Assembly (NCBI GenBank): GCA_032718475.1
Contig: JAUCBJ010001484.1
Location: 1 to 64,000, forward strand
DNA length: 64,000 nucleotides
DNA from: Nemertoderma westbladi
Lineage: Eukaryota > Animalia > Xenacoelomorpha
Direction of reading: 5' to 3'
Shown here piece after piece: positions 12,601-24,074 of this stretch; the stretch's first letter is position 1; the number at the start of each line of letters is the position of its first letter. The notes below the pieces were generated by a model. The model was given only the letters and a program-made list of their open reading frames with translations, was not told where the DNA came from and ran no database searches. A program made the position numbers and the translations under genes.

Positions 12601-15166
12601 TACCTACCAGCTAAATGGTGTTAGTTCGGTATACCTACCAGCCAAATTGGGTTAATTCAGTACCTTCTAGCCAAACTGGGTTAGTTCAGTACCTACCAGC
12701 CAAACTGGGTTAGTTCAGTACCTCCAAGCCAAACTGGGTTAGTTCAGTACCTACCAGCCAAACTGGGTTAGTTCAGTACCTACCAGCCAAACTGGGTTAG
12801 TTCAGTACCTACCAGCCAAACTGGGTTAGTTCAGTACCTACCAGCCAAACTGGGTTAGTTCAGTACCTCCAAGCCAAACTGGGTAAGTTCAGTACCTACC
12901 AGCCAAACTGGGTTAGTTCAGTACCTACCAGCCAAACTGGGTTAGTTCAGTACCTACCAGCCAAACTGGGTTAATTCAGTACCTACCAGCCAAACTGGGT
13001 TAATTCAGTACCTACTAGCCAAACTGGGTTAGTTCAGTACCTACTAGTCAAACTGGTTTAATTCAGTACCTACCAGCCAAACTGGATTAATTCAGTACCT
13101 ACCAGCCAAACTGGGTTAGTTCAGTACCTACTAGTCAAACTGGTTTAATTCAGTACCTACTAGTCAAACTGGTTTAATTCAGTACCTACCAGCCAAACTG
13201 GGTTAATTCAGTACCTACCAGCCAAACTGGGTTAGTTCAGTACCTACTAGCCAAACTGGGTTAGTTCAGTACCTACTAGCCAAACTGGGTTAATTCAGTA
13301 CCTACTAGCCAAACTGGGTTAATTCAGTACCTACTAGCCAAACTGGGTTAGTTCAGTACCTACCAGCCAAACTGGGTTAGTTCAGTACCTACCAGCCAAA
13401 CTGGGTTAGTTCAGTACCTACCAGCCAAACTGGGTTAGTTCAGTACCTACCAGCCAAACTGGGTTAGTTCAGTACCTACTAGCCAAACTGGGTTAATTCA
13501 GTACCTACCCAGCCAAACTGGGTTAGTTCAGTACCTACCAGCCAAACTGGGTTAGTTCAGTACCTCCAAGCCAAACTGGGTTAGTTCAGTACCTCCAAGC
13601 CAAACTGGGTTAGTTCAGTACCTACCAGCCAAACTGGGTTAATTCAGTACCTACCAGCCAAACTGGGTTAATTCAGTACCTACCAGCCAAACTGGGTTAA
13701 TTCAGTACCTACCAGCCAAACTGGGTTAGTTCAGTACCTACTAGCCAAACTGGGTTAATTCAGTACCTACCCAGCCAAACTGGGTTAGTTCAGTACCTAC
13801 CAGCCAAACCGGGTTAGTTCAGTACCTCCAAGCCAAACTGGGTTAGTTCAGTACCTCCAAGCCAAACTGGGTTAGTTCAGTACCTACCAGCCAAACTGGG
13901 TTAGTTCAGTACCTACCAACCAGCCAAACTGGGTTAAGTTCAGTACCTACCAGCCAAACTGGGTTAATTCAGTACCTACTAGCCAAACTGGGTTAGTTCA
14001 GTACCTACTAGTCAAACTGGGTTAATTCAGTACCTACCAGCCAAACTGGGTTAGTTCAGTACCTACCAGCCAAACTGGGTTAATTCATTACCTACCAGCC
14101 AAACTGGGTTAATTCAGTACCTACCAGCCAAACTGGGTTAATTCAGTACCTACTAGCCAAACTGGGTTAGTTCAGTACCTACTAGTCAAACTGGGTTAAT
14201 TCAGTACCTACCAGCCAAACTGGGTTAGTTCAGTACCTACCAGCCAAACTGGGTTAATTCAGTACCTACCAGCCAAACTGGGTTAATTCAGTACCTACCA
14301 ACCAAACTGGGTTAATTCAGTACCTACTAGCCAAACTGGGTTAGTTCAGTACCTACTAGTCAAACTGGGTTAATTCAGTACCTACCAGCCAAACTGGGTT
14401 AGTTCAGTACCTACCAGCCATACTGGATTAATTCAGTACCTAACAGCCAAACTGGGTTAATTCAGTACCTACTAGCCAAACTGGGTTAGTTCAGTACCTA
14501 CTAGCCAAACTGGGTTAGTTCAGTACCTACTAGTCAAACTGGTTTAATTCAGTACCTACCAGCCAAACTGGGTTAATTCAGTACCTAACAGCCAAACTGG
14601 GTTAATTCAGTACCTACTAGTCAAACTGGTTTAATTCAGTACCTACCAGCCAAACTGGGTTAATTCAGTACCTACCAGCCAAACTGGGTTAGTTCAGTAT
14701 ACCTACCAGCCAAACTGGGTTAGTTCAGTACCTACTAGCCAAACTGGGTTAATTCAGTACCTAACAGCCAAACTGGGTTAATTCAGTACCTACTAGCCAA
14801 ACTGGGTTAATTCAGTACCTACCAGCCAAACTGGGTTAATTCAGTACCTACTAGTCAAACTGGTTTAATTCAGTACCTACCAGCCAAACTGGGTTAATTC
14901 AGTACCTACCAGCCAAACTGGGTTAGTTCAGTATACCTACCAGCCAAACTGGGTTAGTTCAGTACCTACTAGCCAAACTGGGTTAATTCAGTACCTACCA
15001 GCCAAACTGGGTTAATTCAGTACCTACCAGCCAAACTGGGTTAGTTCAGTATACCTACCAGCCAAACTGGGTTAGTTCAGTACCTACTAGCCAAACTGGG
15101 TTAATTCAGTACCTACCAGCCAAACTGGGTTAATTCAGTACCTACCAGCCAAACTGGGTTAGTTCA
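3621..15166. repeat. Satellite array, 29-bp unit TTCAGTACCTACCAGCCAAACTGGGTTA(G/A), roughly 400 copies
   Basis: Directly visible tandem repeat with few variants (ctccaagcc, ctactagtc, gtatacct, aaatggtgtt). Confidence 0.99.
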
Positions 15167-15239
15167 ACTGATTATATATTCGCATTTTATTGAAACTACA
15201 AAAATAGCCACATACCTAAACTATACTTACTTATGCTCT

Positions 15240-16462
15240 GGGACGAATCTGATTTAATCGAAAACAATAAAAATTGGTTGCTTAAATCTGCTTGAATGCT
15301 CAAAATTATTGCTTAATTCTTATTTAATTATTTTGGCCATCTTTCTATATAAATGGTCTTGAATTTGTGGGTTCGGGTTCGGGTTCGGGATCGGGTTCGG
15401 GTTCGGGATCGGGATCGGGTTCGGGATTGGATTGGGTTCGGTTTCGGGTTCGGGTTCGGGATCGGGTTCGGGTTCGGGTGCGGGTTCGGGTTCGGGTGCG
15501 GGATCGGGATCGGGTTCGGGTTCGGGTTCGGGATCGGGTGCGGGTTCGGGTTCGGGTGCGGGTGCGGGTGCGGGTTCGGGATCGGGTTCGGGTTCGGGTT
15601 CGGGATCGGGTTCGGGTTCGGGTTCGGGATCGGGTTCGGGTTCGGGATCGGGTGCGGGTTCGGGTTCGGGTGCGGGTGCGGGTTCGGGTTCGGGATCGGG
15701 TTTGGGTTTGGGTTCGGGATCGGGTTCGGGTTCGGGATCGGGTTCGGGTGCGGGTGCGGGTGCGGGTTCGGGATCGGGTTCGGGTTCGGGTTCGGGTTCG
15801 GGATCGGGTTCGGGTTCGGGATCGGGTGCGGGTTCGTGATCGGGTGCGGGTTCGGGTTCGGGTGCGGGTTCGGGTTCGGGATCGGGTTCGGGTTCGGGTT
15901 CGGGTTCGGGTGCGGGTTCGGGTTCGGGTTCGGGATCGGGTTCGGGTTCGGGTTCGGGATCGGGTTCGGGTTCGGGTTCGGGTTCGGGATCGGGTTCGGG
16001 TTCGGGATCGGGTTCGGGTTCGGGTTCGGGATCGGGTTCGGGTGCGGGTGCGGGTTCGGGATCGGGATCGGGATCGGGTTCGGGTTCGGGTTCGGGATCG
16101 GGTTCGGGTTCGGGATCGGGTGCGGGTTCGTGATCGGGTGCGGGTTCGGGTTCGGGTGCGGGTGCGGGTTCGGGATCGGGTTCGGGTTCGGGATCGGGAT
16201 CGGGACCGGGATCGGGTTCGGGATCGGGTTCGGGATCGGGATTGCAATTTTGGATTAAATTACTTAAAGTTAATTTGATTTCTGGATGGTCTACTAACAT
16301 AAAAATTCGATATAATCAAAACATTTCCGTTCTGGTGCAACTAATATTTATCAGATATTCAATACATTTACTTCACTATTTATACTTCGGGATCCCGTTC
16401 CAAAAACGTCGTGATCGGGACCGGGTTTGAATTTTTTTCCGGGATCCCATTTAAACACCTTA
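15240..16462. mobile_element. Probable non-autonomous DNA element carrying the GGGTTC tract; related fragment at ~23411-23525
   Basis: Both loci end in GATCCC(A/G)TTTAAACAC and are rich in GGGATCCCG/CCCGGA subterminal motifs. The left boundary is a guess. Confidence 0.4.
15369..16242. repeat. Hexamer microsatellite (GGGTTC/GGGATC/GGGTGC)n, about 145 units, G-rich on the + strand
   Basis: Directly visible; it accounts for all the low-complexity ORFs at 15320-16300. Confidence 0.98.
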
Positions 16463-16616
16463 GAGCTCCAGATTTTACTATTTGCGTTCGTATGTCGGTA
16501 GGTTGATATTGCGATTTATGGGTTGCTAGGGTACCACGTCTTTCCTCAGAGGGAATATTAACTAGTATTTCTAGTTTATTTATTTATGTAATAATACCTA
16601 ACGTCTACCGTTTCAG

Positions 16617-16793
16617 AATGCCGGTAGCGCCAACTGAAAGCGGCGAATTGATCCAGCAGCCCCGGGCTTCTGTACCGGTTGGGGGTGCATCGGATGAGGC
16701 CATTCTAGACGGACGGCGGTGGGGTGCTGATTGGGCTTGCGACAACGTTAATCAGATACCCCAAACCTACGAGAAACCCCCGCCCCCCGAGAG
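16617..16793 (+). CDS. Exon A of unknown Ser/Pro-rich protein gene (internal exon or first coding exon)
   Basis: Branch-like cctaac, acceptor tttcag|, open frame MPVAPTESG...PPPE, donor AG|gttagt; phase 2 matches exon B. Confidence 0.75.
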
Positions 16794-18974
16794 GTTAGTT
16801 CATTTCTTTCTAGATAATGTTTTCTGGATTGATTATTAGTTTGCTAATTTGAAAAATACTCTCACAGACACCAGAAACATAAGCAAGGCATTACCATAAA
16901 TTTGTTCATAAATAGTTCCTGAAAAAGAAATGAAATCAGATAATAAAGTCATGGATAGTTTGTGGATAAAGTTAAAGCTTTTTTTTTACGGGAGAGGGGC
17001 TTGGAGAGTTTTGCTTATAAATCCAGTTTACATCAACCGATTTTAATGGTTGATGGCTCGTTTGGAAGATTAGAGCGAGCTCTACAACATAGATAAAATC
17101 TGAGCTGCACACTAATATTGTATTTTCACTACAAGAAGTCAAGTCATAAAAATGTATACCTTGGTGTCTACCTTGGGCGTTGCAAAATATAGTCCCCATG
17201 AAATAAGCTGCCATACAAAAATATGACTTAAATATCTTGGCCAATATTATATACCAATCGATAGAGTGGACGTTGCTTCTTCATTTAATCACAAAGGGCA
17301 CATAAACATGACCCATGGCTTAAAACAACGTCTAGCATAGCAAACTAGATAGAATTTCACTTTTTTCTTAAAAAAAAATACTGTAAAAACAACATCTACG
17401 AACTGTCTACATGGTGTCGGAATGCCGCCAAATAAATATTTATTGTAAAATGAGTATTGATTCTGCTTCCCAAATTACATATATTCCACCCGCGTACTTC
17501 CTGCAATTTGACCACACAATCTGTTTAAGGAGGGTAGGACACGATTTTGGATAGTATGTATACCCTTGGAACATAACTTTGACTGCCTGTCATTTTCTAC
17601 AAACGAACGGGTTTATCACTTACAATTTTAATTACTTCTATAGAGCCCTTTGTGTTGGCTAAGCTAAATTGTCGCTGCCCTTCCCGTTTCTATGATACTG
17701 CAGTATATTGGTATACCTTGGTATAAGACCTTTGGAACCCTAAGACCCTTGGAATTTGTATCCCTTGGAAGTGAAAGAGTTTGTTCGTTCCAAGGTAGAC
17801 ATTTTTATACCAAGGTAGACAGTTTTAGCTCATTATACATATTATTATAATGTTCAAGGTATACTTATCAGTGTGATAAACAATGGGACAGCAACACGCC
17901 AAGCTTCTATAATGTTTTCAAGGTATACAATGCAATTAATACACGGTAGGCGTTTAACAGCCCCACTACGATATACACAATGGGGAAAGCTTCAACAACA
18001 ACTTAGTACAATTAATACACGGTAGGCGTTTAACAGCCCCACTGCCACTATATGGAATTTCAATGTAGCATTCTACTATAGCATCGTTACTGTGATGTGC
18101 CACTTATTTAACTCAAGTATCTCCCAGGCTTGAAATCAGAATACCGTTATAATTCATTTACCGGCACTTGGTAAAATAACTTAAGGGGCGTTCATAAAGG
18201 CACGCGTTCATGAGGGGGGGGGGGGGGTATCTGACGAGTTCCAATCATTCGCAAAAGATAATATAAGCAGTTTCCATTACTCGGTCATTTCGCTGGTCGA
18301 TTTGAAGGGTGAACATGATAGTCTTCCAGAAACATTAACTTCCCCCAAACTCATTCCAAAAACGAGACAAATTCACCAGATAGAATGGATCCCGTCCCAG
18401 AAGGAATACCTCGTGCTAAACTGTTCTCATTACCTGTAAGGTAAATTCTGTAACAAGTACCCTCTGAGGTATTTTAATCCGGACAAACTTCCTCAAAGAG
18501 CCACGAAAAATAGGCTGTCGAAAATTGCTACTGTCCCAACCTCTAAACCGCGAGATGCATGCTTACATAGCATTTCAAAGGAACTAGCTTAGCTACCCCC
18601 TACCCCCTACCACCATTTAAACTTAGAGGCGATGAAACACGCAAACTAGTCGAACAGATTTTCTGGGGCTTCAGTTAACTATTCTGATAAGTTAATGAAC
18701 ATATTGAATTTGTTTATTTGTAATGATTTGTCGTGTTTATAGCAAATGATGTCGTACACAACACATACAAAAACAGACATATGTAAATTACTATCAATTA
18801 AGTAGTTACAGTGCATCTGTCTCCCGAAACTTTAAATACATACTGTACAAAGGCTTACTCTGAATATTGAACTGAATATATTGACCCCAGATATAGCCTA
18901 CCTTATCTACTTGTTTTCAAAATCACTAATATCGTAACCCTTGATACACAAATCTCATGCCTTAAAGATTGAAC

Positions 18975-19250
18975 CCATGTTTACCTTGTTACACCAAACG
19001 ACGAAGAATACCTTGGTACACTACCTTGCTACACAACACGTATACCTTGGTACACTACCTTGCTACACAACACGTATACCTTGAAAATTTAACCAATGTA
19101 TACCTTGGTACACAAAATGTATACCTTGGTACACAAATTGTATACCTTTGGTACACAAAACGTATACCTTGAAAATGTAACCAATGTATACCTTGGTACA
19201 CAAAAATGTATACCTTGAACCCATGTATACCTTGGATGTCTACCTTGGAT
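18975..19250. repeat. Degenerate ~21-33 bp tandem repeats with core GTATACCTTGGTACAC, inside a probable intronic non-autonomous element (~16970-19400)
   Basis: Repeated TACCTTG motif, also at 17155-17175 and 17560-17930; inverted pair GCGTTGCAAAATAT (~17177) and ATATTTTGCAACGC (~19388). Confidence 0.65.
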
Positions 19251-20376
19251 AGCATTTAGCGTTACTTCGCCTATAAAACTTTTAGACTTGAATATATTTA
19301 TATATTTTGGCCAGATCTGGAAAGAGCTCAAAAAGACGATTCCAATGGTATATAATATATTGGGGTTCGGCAAGAAATAAAAAAAAAATATTTTGCAACG
19401 CTTTGAGCCACGTTTATTGACCAATGACCTGGTGTGTTTCCTTCCTGTCAAACACTATTAACCAACCAGACCAACAAACCAAACCAACTGATAGTTTTGC
19501 GCGGGAAGGTTTGAAATTTGTAGGCGATTATCTCTGAATGACATTTTTTCGCACGAAAAATATTACTCCTCCGCCATTTCTTAACCGTTTTTTTGCAATT
19601 TATTGATTTATATGAAAGGTAATATCATAAGCTTCAAGAATTCCTTAGAATTAGTTAAATTTATAATATTTCCCCATTTTTTGAATGAAAATTTACAAAA
19701 AAACGTAGGTATTTTCAGTTTATAAAAAATTTTGATTTTTTTTTTACAAAATTGCCAATTATCAGAAGTAGAAAACGAAAATATAAAATTTGCGTGAAAA
19801 ATGTGATGAAAATGAACATGACCCCAACGTAACTGTGTCCTTCTGCCCCATTCCTACCATTACTCCCTGTAAGAAATAAGAGTAATCAGGGTTTTGTTTT
19901 TCTAAATAAGTTAGTGAAATTTATAAAAAAAATAGCATGATGAACATAATATTTTATGATGGTTCCAAAAAATGTAATATCGAAAAATAAAGATAGGAAT
20001 AACGGTAATAATTAGTGAAATTTTATAATCTGACGCAGGCCGGTAAGGGGCGCCAAAATCTTTTCAAATTTGTATGTACTTTGATTATTCTCTTTTCGAT
20101 GGTATATCGTTTTCTATGCATTTTTCAACCACATTGGAGACATAAACAAAATAAGAAAAAACCGTAGGGGGGGTACCCCCCCCCCCCCCCCCCCACCCCC
20201 CCCCCCCCTCTCTCTCTTAAAGTGCGCAGCGGGAATAGAGTCCGAAGGATTCGGGTACTATCTAAGGCGTTATTATAAGGGTACAACTAACAGTTAGTAG
20301 CAGCAAATCATATGCAATTTAAAATGAAGGTCTTTTTAAACATAATGATTATTTTAATATAATAATAATATTTTAG

Positions 20377-20613
20377 CCGCCACAGAAAGTCAACAGTGGA
20401 TTTATCTGGGCCTCTCTCTCGCAATGACGTTCTAACCGTGGGAACCAATGTGAGCAGGGCCCAACGGGGACCCCATCATTGGGACACTGTCGGGGTTATG
20501 GACTACCTGAGACAATCTGAATACGAAGGCGCTGTCACTCAACGTACCCACGATATACTGGGTGTTGGGCCTGAGGATTACGGTGATCTAGACCAACCGC
20601 CTCCACCACCCAG
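20377..20613 (+). CDS. Exon B of unknown gene (RHRKSTVDLSGP...YGDLDQPPPPP)
   Basis: Acceptor ttttag|, donor CAG|gtgagt; phase 2 in and phase 2 out, compatible with exons A and C. Confidence 0.8.
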
Positions 20614-22766
20614 GTGAGTCAGTACGGGGACCAGACCAACCGCCTCCACCACCCAGGTGAGTCAGTACGGGACCTAGACCAACCGCCTCCACCACCCAGG
20701 TGAGTCAGTACGGGGACCTAGACCAACCGCCTCCACCACCCAGGTGAGTCAGTGCGGGGACCTAGACCAACCGCCTCCACCACCCAGGTGAGTCAGTGCG
20801 GGGACCTAGACCAACCGCCTCCACCACCCAGGTGAGTCAGTACGGGGACCTAGACCAACCGCCTCCACCACCCAGGTGAGTCAGTACGGGGACCTAGACC
20901 AACCGCCTCCACCACCCAGGTGAGTCAGTGCGGGGACCTAGACCAACCGCCTCCACCACCCAGGTGAGTCAGTGCGGGGACCTAGACCAACCGCCTCCAC
21001 CACCCAGGTGAGTCAGTACGGGGACCAGACCAACCGCCTCCACCACCCAGGTGAGTCAGTACGGGGACCTAGACCAACCGCCTCCACCACCCAGGTGAGT
21101 CAGTGCGGGGACCTAGACCAACCGCCTCCACCACCCAGGTGAGTCAGTACGGGGACCTAGACCAACCGCCTCCACCACCCAGGTGAGTCAGTGCGGGGAC
21201 CAGACCAACCGCCTCCACCACCCAGGTGAGTCAGTACGGGGACCTAGACCAACCGCCTCCACCACCCAGGTGAGTCAGTGCGGGGACCTAGACCAACCGC
21301 CTCCACCACCCAGGTGAGTCAGTACGGGGACCTAGACCAACCGCCTCCACCACCCAGGTGAGTCAGTACGGGGACCTAGACCAACCGCCTCCACCACCCA
21401 GGTGAGTCAGTACGGGGACCAGACCAACCGCCTCCACCACCCAGGTGAGTCAGTGCGGGGACCTAGACCAACCGCCTCCACCACCCAGGTGAGTCAGTGC
21501 GGGGACCTAGACCAACCGCCTCCACCACCCAGGTGAGTCAGTGCGGGGACCTAGACCAACCGCCTCCACCACCCAGGTGAGTCAGTGCGGGGACCTAGAC
21601 CAACCGCCTCCACCACCCAGGTGAGTCAGTGCGGGGACCTAGACCAACCGCCTCCACCACCCAGGTGAGTCAGTGCGGGGACCTAGACCAACCGCCTCCA
21701 CCACCCAGGTGAGTCAGTCTCAGTACGGGGACCAGACCAACCGCCTCCACCACCCAGGTGAGTCAGTCTCAGTACGGGGACCAGACCAACCGCCTCCACC
21801 ACCCAGGTGAGTCAGTGCGGGGACCTAGACCAACCGCCTCCACCACCCAGGTGAGTCAGTGCGGGGACCTAGACCAACCGCCTCCACCACCCAGGTGAGT
21901 CAGTCTCAGTACGGGGACCAGACCAACCGCCTCCACCACCCAGGTGAGTCAGTCTCAGTACGGGGACCTAGACCAACCGCCTCCACCACCCAGGTGTGTC
22001 AGTGCGGGGACCAGACCAACCGCCTCCACCACCCAGGTGAGTCAGTCTCAGTACGGGGACCAGACCAACCGCCTCCACCACCCAGGTGAGTCAGTCTCAG
22101 TACGGGGACCAGACCAACCGCCTCCACCACCCAGGTGTGTCAGTGCGGGGACCAGACCAACCGCCTCCACCACCCAGGTGAGTCAGTGCGGGGACCTAGA
22201 CCAACCGCCTCCACCACCCAGGTGAGTCAGTGCGGGGACCAGACCAACCGCCTCCACCACCCAGGTGAGTCAGTACGGGGACCTAGACCAACCGCCTCCA
22301 CCACCCAGGTGAGTCAGTACGGGGACCTAGACCAACCGCCTCCACCGCGCAGGTGAGTCAGTACGGGGACCAGACCAACCGCCTCCACCACCCAGGTGAG
22401 TCAGTACGGGGATCTAGACCAACCGCCTCCACCACCCAGGTGAGTCAGTACGGGGACCTAGACCAACCGCCTCCACCACCCAGGTGAGTCAGTACGGGGA
22501 CCAGACCAACCGCCTCCACCACCCAGGTGAGTCAGTACGGGGACCAGACCAACCGCCTCCACCACCCAGGTGAGTCAGTACGGGGACCAGACCAAGCGCC
22601 TCCACCACCCAGGTGAGTCAGTACGGGGACCCAGACCAACCGCCTCCACCACCCAGGTGAGTCAGTACGGGGACCCAGACCAACCGCCTCCACCACCCAG
22701 GTGAGTCAGTACGGGGACCAGACCAACCTCCTCCACCACCCAGGTGAGTCAGTACGGGGACCTAGA
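20589..22766 (+). repeat. Minisatellite of 43-50 bp (main unit 44 bp GTGAGTCAGTACGGGGACCTAGACCAACCGCCTCCACCACCCAG), about 49 copies, built from the exon B end plus its donor site
   Basis: Directly visible; the first unit overlaps the 3' end of exon B. Confidence 0.97.
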
Positions 22767-22927
22767 CCCCCCCCCCCCCCCCCCAACCCCCAACCCCCGT
22801 CAGCACCCCCCCCCCCCCCCTCCCCATCCCACCATATAGGGCCCTCGACCACCCAATCCCCAGTCATTGATTGGCGCTTGTAGGAATATTTGCTCTGTGT
22901 TGCAACTTAATTTTGATTTGTTTACAG

Positions 22928-23384
22928 GTCACCTGTATTGAGCAATCCAAAATGTGACGAAGCCGTTGCTACCCGTGATATAAACGACAATTGTTTGGTA
23001 AACAACGATGTTGACCGACCTGGGGTCGAACCCGTGGTATTTAGGGAGGACAATGACCCCCCGCCACGGGAAGGAGACCTGGATCCTCCAATATTGGAAG
23101 GATTGGTAGACAAAACTGATTTCGCTGTCGAAAATAAAATTCCTCAAACTGATGCTGTGAGATTTTCCTCTCAAAATGGTGCTATAGATATTAATTATGA
23201 TAATTGTATTGGTGCGACTACTAGTGTGCCTTATCTTATATCCAGTCCTACGGAAGTTGTAGTAGACCTCCAGGATCCCCTCGATATTTGCAGAACTTCC
23301 CCTCCAAACCAAAGAAACAAACTAGACGATCGTTATAGAAGTAATGATAACGATTGTGAACATCAAGGCAGGATCTCGAGAAAG
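22928..23384 (+). CDS. Exon C of unknown gene (SPVLSNPKCDE...GRISRK)
   Basis: Acceptor tttgtttacag|, donor AAG|gtttgt; phase 2 in, phase 0 out; same frame as ORF 22938-23411. Confidence 0.8.
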
Positions 23385-24074
23385 GTTTGTATTATTAAAT
23401 TAGTGTTTTAACCAGATCCCGAAAAAACAAGATTTAATTCAAAATTGAAATCCCGGAATTCGGGTTCCCGGTGGGACATAATCCCGATCCCGGAAAATCC
23501 GAGAAGTGTGATCCCGTTTAAACACTTTTTTAAATTGATTTAGGGACTTATTCTGCTCGACTATTCTTTATAGAGATAAATACTGTAAGTCTTCAATAGT
23601 CGGAAAATTACTTATACTTTTATAAAAATGTTATTTGTTATTTTGTATTTGTGAGTAATTGTTTATATTTTTCATTGGTCACAACTTATAGAAGAGTTGA
23701 GCATTGAGTCCTCAATTTACGTTCACGTGGCCTCTTCCTCTCATAATACCACTCACACTGCGGCCACAATGATCAACTCTAATGTACATCGGCCGTCTAT
23801 ATGAAGGTTACCTGTTCGTGCACACCTATAAACATCGCTTTTTGTGCGCCTTCTTTTCGCTTCTCGGGATAAATAATGGCATCCATGACTAACTAACACC
23901 AGTTTTATTTAATAACTAAAGTTAAAAAGGCACATTGAGTTTCATCTTCAACCTATTCCGCGTACTGTTTTATTTTTATGAATTTTATTCAATTAAATAC
24001 TTACAGATGCGGATATTCCTTATGCTCCCCCCGTACTTATAATAATTAACGTTTCTTAATTGTTTTGTTTTTAG

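Noticed and set aside
3621-15166. CRISPR array (29-bp repeat with an internal palindrome)
   Set aside because: Monomers are head-to-tail with no unique spacers, there are no cas genes, and the context is eukaryotic.
15320-16300. 300-aa PE-, RT/RS-, GF-, RV- and GS-repeat ORFs
   Set aside because: By-products of a stop-free hexamer microsatellite open in nearly all frames; no splice or codon evidence.
17933-18045. 35-bp direct repeat CAATTAATACACGGTAGGCGTTTAACAGCCCCACT (two copies); similarly 18-bp x3 at ~32600-32650
   Set aside because: Small local duplications with no further structure to support a function.
21859-22883. ORFs in the 44-bp array, and the idea that each unit is a micro-exon
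   Set aside because: The ORFs arise from unit-length variants. The gap between a donor and the next CAG is only 9-15 nt with no pyrimidine tract, too short for a spliceosomal intron.
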